61,801 nt of DNA from an uncultured virus (IMG/VR IMGVR_UViG_2061766007_002667) (taxonomy: Duplodnaviria; Heunggongvirae; Uroviricota; Caudoviricetes), in the IMG/VR virus record IMGVR_UViG_2061766007_002667; one strand, written 5' to 3'. Below, one piece after another: positions 33,365 to 43,394 of the stretch. The notes beneath the pieces were generated by a model, which saw only the letters and a program-made list of their open reading frames with translations, searched no databases and had not been told where the DNA came from. The position numbers and the translations under genes were made by a program. How positions within the stretch are numbered: the first letter of the stretch is position 1; each line of letters opens with the position of its first letter.

Positions 33365-34060
33365 TTATCTAGGTGCTTTTGTNNNNNNNNNNNNNNNNNN
33401 NNNNNNNNNNGCAACTAAATTAATGTATTTTTTATATAAATAATAGCTAAATCCTTCTTCAAAATGAATAACCGTATATAACCATTTTAAAGCCAATTCT
33501 TCACCCATTTCTTTAAGTCTAATCTTAAACCATCTTGCATATCTTTTTTTATAGGTATCTAAATCTTTATTTGTATTCCACCATTCATTAACTGTTTCTT
33601 TAGTAGCTGGAATATAAATTTTAAAAAATGCTTCAATTAAAGTATATATATCTTTTTTACATGTTATCCAGTAACTTTGTAATAAATAAGTTGTTTTACA
33701 CATTCCATAAACTTTTTCTTTATTATTGTCCATTTTATTTATGTTTTCTATAAATACTTCTTTACTACAAGTAGGAAAAATAATTGAACTATTTACAAAA
33801 GTTATATTATCATAATTATTAAGTTGTTTAGATGTTTTTAAATAATTAAAACCACACATATAAGAATAAGCATCATATAAAGAATGTCTAGATATTTGTA
33901 AATATTTAACTTTAGGTAACTTATCTAAATTTAAAATATATTCACAATCAGAAATAAATAAAACATCACCAATTTCATTTAAAAAGTTGACTTGGTCTAT
34001 TATATATTGCTTTAATTCATTATTTTTATCATAATGAGCAAAAATAAAACATTTATTCAT
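33365..34060 (-). CDS. Rhamnan synthesis protein F (RgpF)-like glycosyltransferase
   Basis: IFAHYDK, LFISD, YDAYSYMCG, YDNITFVNSSIIFP, YGM...LQSYW, FEEGFS. Confidence 0.75.
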   Translation of the reverse strand: MNKCFIFAHYDKNNELKQYIIDQVNFLNEIGDVLFISDCEYILNLDKLPKVKYLQISRHSLYDAYSYMCGFNYLKTSKQLNNYDNITFVNSSIIFPTCSKEVFIENINKMDNNKEKVYGMCKTTYLLQSYWITCKKDIYTLIEAFFKIYIPATKETVNEWWNTNKDLDTYKKRYARWFKIRLKEMGEELALKWLYTVIHFEEGFSYYLYKKYINLVXXXXXXXXXXTKAPR

Positions 34061-35349
34061 TTTTAAGTCTAGCCTGATGCTTAGCTATTATTTTATCAAG
34101 TAATGCAAGTCTTTCTGTTCTTCTGACAGATCTGCACAAATTAGTATCGTGTGCTCTATAATAATATAAAACTTCATGAATACTTAAAATTGGCATATAA
34201 TATAAAATTTGTAAATGAAAATCAAAATCCTCACACATCTTTAATGATTCATCAATAGAACAATTTTTAAGTAATTCTTTTCTAAACATCATGCCGCCAG
34301 CANNNNNNNNNNNNNNNNNNNNNNNTTTCAATAATACTTCTATAATCCCATTTCAAAGGTCTTTTTATATGTTGATCATATTCTCCAAATCTTTTTAATT
34401 CACAACATACAGCTCCGGCTTCTGGATTTTTTTCTAAAACAGCTACTTCTTTTTCAATTAAATGTGGATCAAAAAAATCATCGCTACCTAATCTTACAAG
34501 ATACTTTCCTTTTGCAAGGTTAAATGCTTTATTCACAGTTTTATTCATACCTAAATTAACAGGATTTTTATATAATTTAATCTTTGGCGACATACTATAT
34601 AAATAATCATAATTAATGTTTGGTGAACAATCATTTATAGCTATAATTTCTATATTTGAATGTGTTTGATTTAATAAACTATTAATACATTCATTTAGAT
34701 ATTCTGGTTTAATTTCGTATAAAGTTAAAATCACTGATACAAGTGGTTTTTTACTAAAATCGTAGTTTGACAATGAACCCTCTCTCTTAATATAATGATA
34801 ATAAATACCTTTATTTGGACATTCAAAAATTTTTCTAGTACAAAGATATAACCACCTTTTAAAAGTGCTATCTTCACCAGGTNNNNNNNNNNNNNNNNNN
34901 NNNNNAATTAATAAATCTCTTCTTATAATTGAAGGAATAATGCAACCATAAGGATTTTTAGCATATCTATTTGTATCATTTCCTTCTAAATTAATTACTC
35001 GTATACCGCGTATTATATCATATTTTTCATGATAACTGTATAATTCTGAAAAATAACTAGGATCAACCCAATCATCACTATCAATAAAGCCTATAAATTC
35101 TCCTCTTGCTATTTTTAATGCTTCATTTCTAGCATGACCAACGCCACTATTTTCTTTCAAATCAATAATTTTAACTCTAGGATCTTGATCTTTATATTGA
35201 TTTAATAAAGCTAATGAATTATCTGTAGAAGCATCATTAACACAAATAACTTCTATATCTTTTAAAGTTTGATTTATTGCTGAATCTAAACACTTTCTTA
35301 AATATTTTTCAGCGTTATAAACTGGTATTATAATAGATACTTTAACCAT
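34053..35349 (-). CDS. Tandem GT2-GT2 glycosyltransferase (joined across gap)
   Basis: VSIIIPVYN...VNDASTD...FIDSDD; second domain VSVILTLY...INDCS...RLGSDD...CEDFDF. Confidence 0.9.
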
Positions 35350-36306
35350 TTATCTTTTCCCAAATAATTCATCAGTAGAAGCACAAAAACATAATTTATG
35401 ACTTAATTTTGCAATTTCTTGTGCTTGATTTCTATTACTCTCTATAAATAATTGAATATCTAATAATTTATAATATTGCTCTGCTTTAAATTTTCCGTGC
35501 AAATTTAATTTTTTTCTTTCTTCTGCTGTATATCCAGATAACATANNNNNNNNNNNNNNNNNNNNNNNNNNNNNNNNNNNNNNNNNNNNNNNNNNNNNNN
35601 NNNNNNNNNNNNNNNNNNNNNNNNNNNNNNNNNNNNNNNNNNNNNNNNNNNNNNNNNNNNNNNNNNNNNNNNNNNNNNNNNNNNNNNNNNNNNNNNNNNN
35701 NNNNNNNNNNNNNNNNNNNNNNNNNNNNNNNNNNNNNNNNNNNNNNNNNNNNNNNNNNNNNNNNNNNNNNNNNNNNNNNNNNNNNNNNNNNNNNNNNNNN
35801 NNNNNNNNNNNNNNNNNNNNNNNNNNNNNNNNNNNNNNNNNNNNNNNNNNNNNNNNNNNNNNNNNNNNNNNNNNNNNNNNNNNNNNNNNNNNNNNNNNNN
35901 NNNNNNNNNNNNNNNNNNNNNNNNNNNNNNNNNNNNNNNNNNNNNNNNNNNNNNNNNNNNNNNNNNNNNNNNNNNNNNNNNNNNNNNNNNNNNNNNNNNN
36001 NNNNNNNNNNNNNNNNNNNNNNNNNNNNNNNNNNNNNNNNNNNNNNNNNNNNNNNNNNNNNNNNNNNNNNNNNNNNNNNNNNNNNNNNNNNNNNNNNNNN
36101 NNNNNNNNNNNNNNNNNNNNNNNNNNNNNNNNNNNNNNNNNNNNNNNNNNNNNNNNNNNNNNNNNNNNNNNNNNNNNNNNNNNNNNNNNNNNNNNNNNNN
36201 NNNNNNNNNNNNNNNNNNNNNNNNNNNNNNNNNNNNNNNNNNNNNNNNNNNNNNNNNNNNNNNNNNNNNNNNNNNNNNNNNNNNNNNNNNNNNNNNNNNN
36301 NNNNNT
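35350..36306 (-). CDS. Gene mostly inside N gap; visible C-terminus resembles HAD-like tail of phosphoribosyltransferase/HAD proteins
   Basis: HGKFKAEQY...LFIESNRNQAQEIAKLSHKLCFC; only ~64 aa visible. Confidence 0.35.
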   Translation of the reverse strand, partial: XXXXXXXXXXXXXXXXXXXXXXXXXXXXXXXXXXXXXXXXXXXXXXXXXXXXXXXXXXXXXXXXXXXXXXXXXXXXXXXXXXXXXXXXXXXXXXXXXXXXXXXXXXXXXXXXXXXXXXXXXXXXXXXXXXXXXXXXXXXXXXXXXXXXXXXXXXXXXXXXXXXXXXXXXXXXXXXXXXXXXXXXXXXXXXXXXXXXXXXXXXXXXXXXXXXXXXXXXXXXXXXXXXXXXXXXXXXXXXXXXXXXXXXXXXXXXXMLSGYTAEERKKLNLHGKFKAEQYYKLLDIQLFIESNRNQAQEIAKLSHKLCFCASTDELFGKR

Positions 36307-37203
36307 TCATTATAAATTGCATAATATATATCATCAGAAAGCATTTCTTTTGCTAGTAATTTTCTATTATTTATATCTTCTAATGTACATTGTTTTTTTC
36401 CACAATTAAAAGAAGAAATAGCTTTTTTAATAAATGTGTCTTTATAAAGTTTATATAAACCATGCTTCTTTAATTCTTCTTCTAATCTATTTAAAGCGTA
36501 TAATACNNNNNNNNNNNNNNNNNNNNNNNNNNNNNNNNNNNNNNNCTGTTAAATTATCTTTTTGTAATATACGGTAATTTACATAACAGTTTTGCATAAC
36601 ACTAATCTTTTTAGCAAGAGCCATAGCTAAACAAATGCAAGTTAAATCATTACAGCAAATACAATTTTCAAATTGCAAATTATTATCAATAAAAAATTGA
36701 TGATTAATTAATTTAGTCCATGGATTTGGTTTACAAATACTATATAATTCACTAGCAACATTAATAGGTTTAAATGGAGATAATCTTATATATTTTCTAT
36801 CAATTCTAAAATATCTTACAACTTCTTTTAAAATATCACTATAGCTTTTCCAACCACAAATAACTATATCAGAATTATCTTTTTTTGCTTTAAGATACAT
36901 ACTTTCTAACATATCTAATTCAAAAAAATCATCTGAATCAAGAAAACTTAAATATTCACCAGTTGCTATTTTCAAACCATTGTTTCTAGCCACTCCAGCA
37001 TATTCATTTTGTTGTATAAAAATTTTAATTCTATTATCTTTTTCAGCATATTCTTGTAAAATAGTCAATGAATTATCTGTTGAACCATCATCTACACAAA
37101 TAATCTCTATATCTTTTAAAGTTTGATTAATAACAGAATCTAAGCACTGATGTAAATATTTTTCAGTGTTATAGACTGGCATGATTACAGATACTTTTGA
37201 CAT
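36307..37203 (-). CDS. GT2 glycosyltransferase (stop in gap)
   Basis: VSVIMPVYN, VDDGSTD, GVARNNGL, FLDSDD, PWTKL; frame resumes after small gap to ...EMLSDDIYYAIYNE. Confidence 0.92.
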
Positions 37204-37223
37204 ATTTTCCCTCTTTATTTTAT

Positions 37224-37236
37224 TATTATGTAGAAC
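37224..37236 (-). promoter_or_regulatory. Putative late promoter upstream of glycosyltransferase cluster
   Basis: Minus strand GTTCTACATAATA. Confidence 0.6.
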
Positions 37237-37239
37237 TTT

Positions 37240-37818
37240 TTAAATTCTCCACAAAGCCCACATATAAAAACATCCTTGCCAAAATTCACCCCAATTAGTT
37301 GGTGAAACTAAAATCTTTTTAAACGGTTTCATATCTACCCAGAACATAGTATTATAAGCAAAAGCTGTACATAACCCAGCAAACCAAAATTGACTACCTA
37401 CAAAGCAAACAACAGGGAGTGTCCGCACGGTTTTGCAAAGTATTAATTGCCAAAAACACCATTCTTTATCAAATTCCTCATAACCTCTAATTTTTCCCCA
37501 CCAAGTTACAATTCTTCTATAAGAAATTTTACGGCCTTTTGCTAATTGCTCATCAATATAAGCTTGATCTTCTGTTCCACACATAAAACCTGGAAAATGA
37601 CCTTTGAGCTCAGATATAATAACAAAAGTGGTAGTTAAAAGAGTAAATAACCACTTCTGCATTATTCCTTCAAGATAAGTATGATAATGTGAAAAATAAA
37701 TTACAGGAGCATAAATTAAAATTAATAATAATATCTGGACTCCTCGCTCTCTAAAAAGTTTTATTTTAGCAGAAAAACCACCTAAGAGTCTACGAATAAA
37801 TCCAGATATTATTCCCAT
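37240..37818 (-). CDS. Multi-pass membrane protein
   Basis: Several hydrophobic segments; RRLLGG and TNWGEFWQG motifs. Confidence 0.65.
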   Translation of the reverse strand: MGIISGFIRRLLGGFSAKIKLFRERGVQILLLILIYAPVIYFSHYHTYLEGIMQKWLFTLLTTTFVIISELKGHFPGFMCGTEDQAYIDEQLAKGRKISYRRIVTWWGKIRGYEEFDKEWCFWQLILCKTVRTLPVVCFVGSQFWFAGLCTAFAYNTMFWVDMKPFKKILVSPTNWGEFWQGCFYMWALWRI

Positions 37819-37837
37819 TTATTATACCTTTATATAC

Positions 37838-39586
37838 TTATTCTGTCGCAGGTAAATCATATAAAATTGTAGTATTTGTACCACTAAATCTATTTTGAAC
37901 ATCTGTCCAGTTTTCAATCACAGCCTGAACATTAGAAGGAAAATGAACCGTACATCCATCTGCATTTATCAACATATCGTTAAATTGAGTCGTAACAGCT
38001 CCAAAACTAGATGAAGTTAAAGCCTTAAAATAAAGCTCAATATTACTTCTTCCGGCAAATGCTCTAGCTAAACCATAATCTCCAATTGTTGCAACGTTTG
38101 TAAACGCCGTTGATAAAACTAAATTTGTTTCTGCTGGATCTAGTTCAAAACAACCATATAATCCATATGGAGAAATATTTGTTAATAAATCCATTTCTAT
38201 AGTTTCAAGATATTTACAATCCTTATACGCATACTCTAACTGATGGACATCATATTGACCGGTTCCCATTGTTGTCAATGCTGGAAATACAGCTGTAGAA
38301 ACTTTTGTTTTTTCAGCCATATGTTCAGCACACGCATACCCTCTAAATGCTGTAATCTTTGGAAACGTTAATGAAACCAGTTTAGTATCTTCTGTTGCTA
38401 GATATGCTAAAGGATTATATGCATTTACACTTGTTAAATCTGGAAAATCTATAGATCTAATAGTATTACTAGCATGAAAAGTATGATACATTGCTTTTTC
38501 ACTAGTTATAGACTTTACACCTGTAAACACAATATCTTGTTGTGTACTAGGTTTTGAATATCCTCCACCCCATGATGATACTGTGCCTAAAAAAGCATTG
38601 ATTTCAACACCAAAGCGTGCACTGTTTATATTTACTTCTACTTCATCATAACCATATACATCATCTGAAGATGCATAATATGTACCATTTCTTGTAATTG
38701 TTTTTTTAATTGTAGAAGGAACAAGATCACCAGACCCAATTAAATATTCTACTTGACCTGATTCTTCTTGTAAAATAGATTCTTTTGTTACCGCAGGAAA
38801 ACAATTCTGACAAGCATTATTAGAATGAATATAATAATATTCTGAAAATTCTGGATACCAAAATACTTCATTGTCTACTAAAACCTTAAATTCATTCAAA
38901 TCATATGTAATTCCAGTTGGAGTGTTTATATCACCATTTCCATATATTTCTAATCCAGTATATATCCAATTGTTTTCACCAACATTACAACTACCATACG
39001 AAACCCAAGTTTCTCCATCTAAAGAATACGAAAGAGATATGGAGTCAATTGTTTTAGTTGTTTTTATCCAAATCCATTCGTTTTCATTAAAATTATACAA
39101 TGGTGTATTATTCGTTGCTACAACAGATGAATTTAGATCATCATTTTTTATTACACGAATAAAATAGTTTTGTTCATTATCGACAGAAATTACAGTTGAT
39201 AATGAAATAAACTCATAGTCGTTATCAGGATCAACAAAGAACATACTACAAATGCTTGCTCCACAATATGATGTGGTTAAAGAAGGATCTATTGTTTGTA
39301 TTTTACACTTCATTACCATATCAATAGATGAATATACACTTGCACTACTACTCATTGAACTACCAGAAGAAGATGTTAATGTTAAAATATTTGTAGATGG
39401 ATCATAATCACCAGAGTCATATTCTAAACTACCATTTACTTGTTTATTAACCCAAACATTTGTACCTGAATCTAAATCTTCTAACGTTGTATTATTAGCT
39501 ATTACAGTAGATGTATTTCCACCGCTGTTTTTTACTACACTTACAGGAAGGGCTTGCCTTCCTCCAATATATAAATAACCTTGCAT
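37838..39586 (-). CDS. Fibre/receptor-binding protein 2 (MxGYLYIG family) with BspA-type LRR C-terminus
   Basis: Shared N-peptide; beta module with SYSLDGETW; ITRNGTY linker; FPxLTx repeats; CTVHFPSN cap. Confidence 0.65.
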   Translation of the reverse strand: MQGYLYIGGRQALPVSVVKNSGGNTSTVIANNTTLEDLDSGTNVWVNKQVNGSLEYDSGDYDPSTNILTLTSSSGSSMSSSASVYSSIDMVMKCKIQTIDPSLTTSYCGASICSMFFVDPDNDYEFISLSTVISVDNEQNYFIRVIKNDDLNSSVVATNNTPLYNFNENEWIWIKTTKTIDSISLSYSLDGETWVSYGSCNVGENNWIYTGLEIYGNGDINTPTGITYDLNEFKVLVDNEVFWYPEFSEYYYIHSNNACQNCFPAVTKESILQEESGQVEYLIGSGDLVPSTIKKTITRNGTYYASSDDVYGYDEVEVNINSARFGVEINAFLGTVSSWGGGYSKPSTQQDIVFTGVKSITSEKAMYHTFHASNTIRSIDFPDLTSVNAYNPLAYLATEDTKLVSLTFPKITAFRGYACAEHMAEKTKVSTAVFPALTTMGTGQYDVHQLEYAYKDCKYLETIEMDLLTNISPYGLYGCFELDPAETNLVLSTAFTNVATIGDYGLARAFAGRSNIELYFKALTSSSFGAVTTQFNDMLINADGCTVHFPSNVQAVIENWTDVQNRFSGTNTTILYDLPATE

Positions 39587-39620
39587 TATATATTAACTCC
39601 TAAAAATTTTAATAATTTCT

Positions 39621-42545
39621 TTAATGACATTTGTTTATTCCTATTAAGATGNNNNNNNNNNNNNNNNNNNAACCACCACCAAAGTTTTGTGCATAACCTG
39701 TTAAGCCTGAAATTGTACTTGAAAGATTACTTGGGAAGTGAATAGTACATCCACCACTTTCAGAACCTGTTGAACTATTAAACATGTTTTGAAATTGATT
39801 TGTTTTATTTCCAAAACTTGCCGTAGTCAATGCATTAAAATACACATCTTTTAATTTTTTACAACCATAAAAGGCTTGATAAAAAACACCGTTACTACCA
39901 TTTAATATATAATTCAATTTTGGAAATAAGACTGTTTCCAATGAAATACAGTTCTGACACATATTTCCTAAAGCTTTACTTCCAGATGTTGTTTCTAAAC
40001 TCTTGAAATCAAGTGTTTTTAATGACTCGCAGTTATAAAAAGTTTGAGAGAAACTATCAGCAACAACAGGATCAGAGTCATTATTGATAGATATTAAATT
40101 ATCTATAATAACTTCTCTTAAATTCTTACAACCACTAAAAGAACCTTTTAATACTCCAGCACGATCTAAATGTGTAAGACTTGAAAGGTCTACACTAACT
40201 ATATTTAAATTATTACTAAAACGTATACTACTATTATATTGAGGACTTTGTGTTGTGCCACCAATTACAGGTTTAAGAGTATCTACAACAGTTTTTATAC
40301 CAAATGTGTAGCTGTAATTTGAAGGTATTTCATCAGTCTTTGAATAATCATAACCATCTGACAATTGGATATAACTGTAATCAGAACTAACAAATGCTAT
40401 AGTAGATGACAATGATATATAAGGTTCTGAATAAACTTTTGTTGAAGTTGTTGGAGTCGAAGTATCTGTATAACAAATGTGTGGTTTTGTAATTGAAACA
40501 ACATTGTAAAAATTACTACCAACTAAAGCAAACATATTATCATGATTATCACAGATACCAGTAAAAATACCATTATAACTATACTCAAACCAATTAATGC
40601 CGTCTACACTATATGCATAACAATTTCTACCAGTAACAACAAATAGACCATTAGTATAATCAATACTTTTAGCATCCATAACTGTGTCAATCATGTCGTA
40701 GTCATCAAGTTCACCAAAGTTTGTTTCAGTCCAAGTAATACCATCAGCAGAGTATGCAAAATATTTGTCACCAACTGCAACGAATTTACCATTACCATAA
40801 CAAATACTTTGATATTCATTTCGTGTTAGAGATCCTTCAGTCCAAGTAATACCATCGATAGAATATGCATATCCAGATAAACCAACTGCAACGAATTTAT
40901 TACCATCACAAGCAATGTCTTCATAAAAACCTGTAAGAGAACCTTCTGTCCATTGATTTGCTGGATAACCTGCGTATGAGTATGCAAAACATTGAGGTCC
41001 AATAGCAACAAACTTTGCTTTACCATAAACTACTTTATAATAAGTGTTTGATGTAAATGTTGTATTCTCATTCCAAGTCATATTACCTTTAAGAGCATAG
41101 GCAAGAGCATTACTTGATCCAACTGCTACAAAATAGTTGTTACCAAAAGTAATTCCAGTATAATTTTTTGTAAGGGTTGTTTCAGTCCATGTAACCCCAT
41201 TATCAACAGAATATGCAGTAACTCCATTTCCAATTACAACAAACTTATTATCTCCAAATATAGCACTTTTATATCCAGAATTAGTAAAGCTTGAAGCAGT
41301 TCCTACATTAATACTATTTGTACCACATTGCCATTGATACCATGTTTGTTTTACAGCAGTTTCAACAGGAACATTTACGTTTACTACATTGTATCCATAT
41401 AAATCATTTGATGATGCTTCAAAAACACCATTTTTTTGTGATGTCAAAACATCTGTTGGCATATCAACAATAGCACTGACATATTCTGTAACATCATAAG
41501 TTCCATTTTCTGTAATATTCATCACAGAATCTTCATCGCCTGCACTGTTTCTGCTATAGACTTTTGTATCAGAACAAGTGATAGTTCCTGTACCAATTGA
41601 TGTAATAGTTAATGCAGATAAAGTAAATGGTTCTGAATAAATAGTTGTAGATATAGTTGGTGTTATTATATCAGTAAAAACTGAATTTCCAGTAACAATT
41701 GTATAAGGTGTCCAAACAACTTGATCATTTATAAAGCATTTTACATCATCTAAATATATTGATCCATTAAAAGTAGATTGTGAAGCACCATCCGAATCTC
41801 TAACACCAAGAAAAGTAGTTGTAAGATTATTATATACTTTTGATGAAGAAACTGTAGACCATTCAGTCGTATATGTTTCTCCATCGGTAGAATATTTAAA
41901 ATAGTATTGAGTTCCGTCATAGCCAGCTTTGATCCAGTACACTGTATCGCTTAAAGCATTATTTCCATAAAATGATACATTAGAATCCCAACTTAAGCCG
42001 TCTGTTGAAACAGCAAAATTCCATTCTTGACCCCTAAATCCTATCCATATACCACAATTATTTGAATACATTGAAGTGAAAACAGCACTATAAGTATTCC
42101 ATGATACAGGTGTTTTAATTTTTAACCTGACTTCCCATGTCTCATTGTTTTGCGGTGAAAATGTCGTTTTTGCAGTTAAATAAGAAGTATAATTTATATC
42201 TGACAATATATGATTTTGAATTGTAGGTGATCCAATAATATTATAATTTGTTATTATACTATCTTGTTCTTTCCAATTGAACCATTTTTTAATAGGTGAA
42301 CTTTCAAGAGTTCCTGTAACGCAAAGAATCTCAACATCTTTCTTAATATTTTCGGCTGTAATATTTGCATCAATTGAAGAGGTTACAGCAGATACTGTAA
42401 CTGGACCATAACCATCTATACCACTCGGAATAAAAGTTTGAGCACTTGTTGAAGGAGTAATGTTTAAGCTTTGTATACTTGGAGTAATTCCTTCAATAAT
42501 AGTTGGAATAATAGGTTCACCGTCTATATAAAGATAGCCTTTCAT
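39621..42545 (-). CDS. Fibre/receptor-binding protein 3 with ConA-like module, beta-propeller repeats and LRR C-terminus
   Basis: MKGYLYIDG; YWIKAGYDG...YSTDGETY; GNGKFVAVG...YSxDGITW repeats; FYNCESLKT LRR; CTIHFPSN cap; true stop uncertain because of gap. Confidence 0.7.
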   Translation of the reverse strand: MKGYLYIDGEPIIPTIIEGITPSIQSLNITPSTSAQTFIPSGIDGYGPVTVSAVTSSIDANITAENIKKDVEILCVTGTLESSPIKKWFNWKEQDSIITNYNIIGSPTIQNHILSDINYTSYLTAKTTFSPQNNETWEVRLKIKTPVSWNTYSAVFTSMYSNNCGIWIGFRGQEWNFAVSTDGLSWDSNVSFYGNNALSDTVYWIKAGYDGTQYYFKYSTDGETYTTEWSTVSSSKVYNNLTTTFLGVRDSDGASQSTFNGSIYLDDVKCFINDQVVWTPYTIVTGNSVFTDIITPTISTTIYSEPFTLSALTITSIGTGTITCSDTKVYSRNSAGDEDSVMNITENGTYDVTEYVSAIVDMPTDVLTSQKNGVFEASSNDLYGYNVVNVNVPVETAVKQTWYQWQCGTNSINVGTASSFTNSGYKSAIFGDNKFVVIGNGVTAYSVDNGVTWTETTLTKNYTGITFGNNYFVAVGSSNALAYALKGNMTWNENTTFTSNTYYKVVYGKAKFVAIGPQCFAYSYAGYPANQWTEGSLTGFYEDIACDGNKFVAVGLSGYAYSIDGITWTEGSLTRNEYQSICYGNGKFVAVGDKYFAYSADGITWTETNFGELDDYDMIDTVMDAKSIDYTNGLFVVTGRNCYAYSVDGINWFEYSYNGIFTGICDNHDNMFALVGSNFYNVVSITKPHICYTDTSTPTTSTKVYSEPYISLSSTIAFVSSDYSYIQLSDGYDYSKTDEIPSNYSYTFGIKTVVDTLKPVIGGTTQSPQYNSSIRFSNNLNIVSVDLSSLTHLDRAGVLKGSFSGCKNLREVIIDNLISINNDSDPVVADSFSQTFYNCESLKTLDFKSLETTSGSKALGNMCQNCISLETVLFPKLNYILNGSNGVFYQAFYGCKKLKDVYFNALTTASFGNKTNQFQNMFNSSTGSESGGCTIHFPSNLSSTISGLTGYAQNFGGGXXXXXXXILIGINKCH
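40590..41270 (-). repeat. Intragenic ~37-codon tandem repeats (propeller blades)
   Basis: cagtccaagtaataccatc and accaactgcaacgaattta each recur ~111 nt apart. Confidence 0.7.
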
Positions 42546-42555
42546 AAAATATCTC

Positions 42556-43254
42556 CTAGCTTAAAGGAATTTCTAGAACAGGAAATACAAAGTTTTCATC
42601 TCCAGTCGAGTTATTATCACTTGGAGTACAAAACATTCCATCAAAAATAAACCAACTATCACCATAATACTTACTTGATGACCAAATATCATCTCTATCA
42701 TAAACTCGCGAAAACATAGGTCTAGTATCATACTGTGCATATGCTTCACTAGCATACCATTCTTCATCTGGATCATTATTATCAATATATGAATGATATT
42801 TTATCATATCCATTAATTCTGGAGCATTTGGTAATTGTCCATGATAAACAATGCCACCTATTGTAAGTGAAATATTTCTACAAGTAATACAAACAGGAGA
42901 AGTACCAGCTCCCATCATCAATGTTGTTCTAGCTGTCGCGGTCATTGTTGTATTATAAATATCCCAACCAGCTTGATTCGGAAAATCTGTTATAGAAGAA
43001 ACAGTAGAAGTAAATAATTCATTCGTCTCATCGTAGTACACTATTTCGTTGTTTTCTATTCTTGAATAAAGTCTATATGGTGAAAATAATGTTACAACAG
43101 CATATTTAGTATTATTACCATCAGTAAAATAACCTGTGACAACACCAACTCTATTATTTGAATCATCACGTACAATATCTTTTATATTATATTTAGGCTT
43201 AAAAACACTCGTTGGCAAAGCTTGACTATCGCCAATATATAAATATCCTCGCAT
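42556..43254 (-). CDS. Fibre/receptor-binding protein 4 with C-type-lectin-like (DUF1566-type) C-terminus
   Basis: MRGYLYIGDSQALPTSV; LPNAPEL...WSSSKY...SW...VFPVLEI; motif at 43295. Confidence 0.55.
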   Translation of the reverse strand: MRGYLYIGDSQALPTSVFKPKYNIKDIVRDDSNNRVGVVTGYFTDGNNTKYAVVTLFSPYRLYSRIENNEIVYYDETNELFTSTVSSITDFPNQAGWDIYNTTMTATARTTLMMGAGTSPVCITCRNISLTIGGIVYHGQLPNAPELMDMIKYHSYIDNNDPDEEWYASEAYAQYDTRPMFSRVYDRDDIWSSSKYYGDSWFIFDGMFCTPSDNNSTGDENFVFPVLEIPLS

Positions 43255-43334
43255 ACTTTTTGTATCCTTTATATAGAAAATAAATCCTACATAATAGAAC
43301 TCATATCAAAAAAAGCAATAAAATTATAAAAAAT

Positions 43335-43369
43335 AAAAAACCTCTTTATACAATTGAACTATAAAGAGG
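43335..43369 (-). terminator. Rho-independent terminator after neck gene
   Basis: CCTCTTTATA-N9-TATAAAGAGG with T-run on minus strand. Confidence 0.75.
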
Positions 43370-43394
43370 CTTAAAATATGATAAAAAATTTAAA

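Noticed and set aside
31453..43254. Invertase shufflon or complete DGR acting on fibre genes
   Set aside because: All four genes share one orientation with their own starts; no recombinase, RT, template repeat or convincing inverted repeats found
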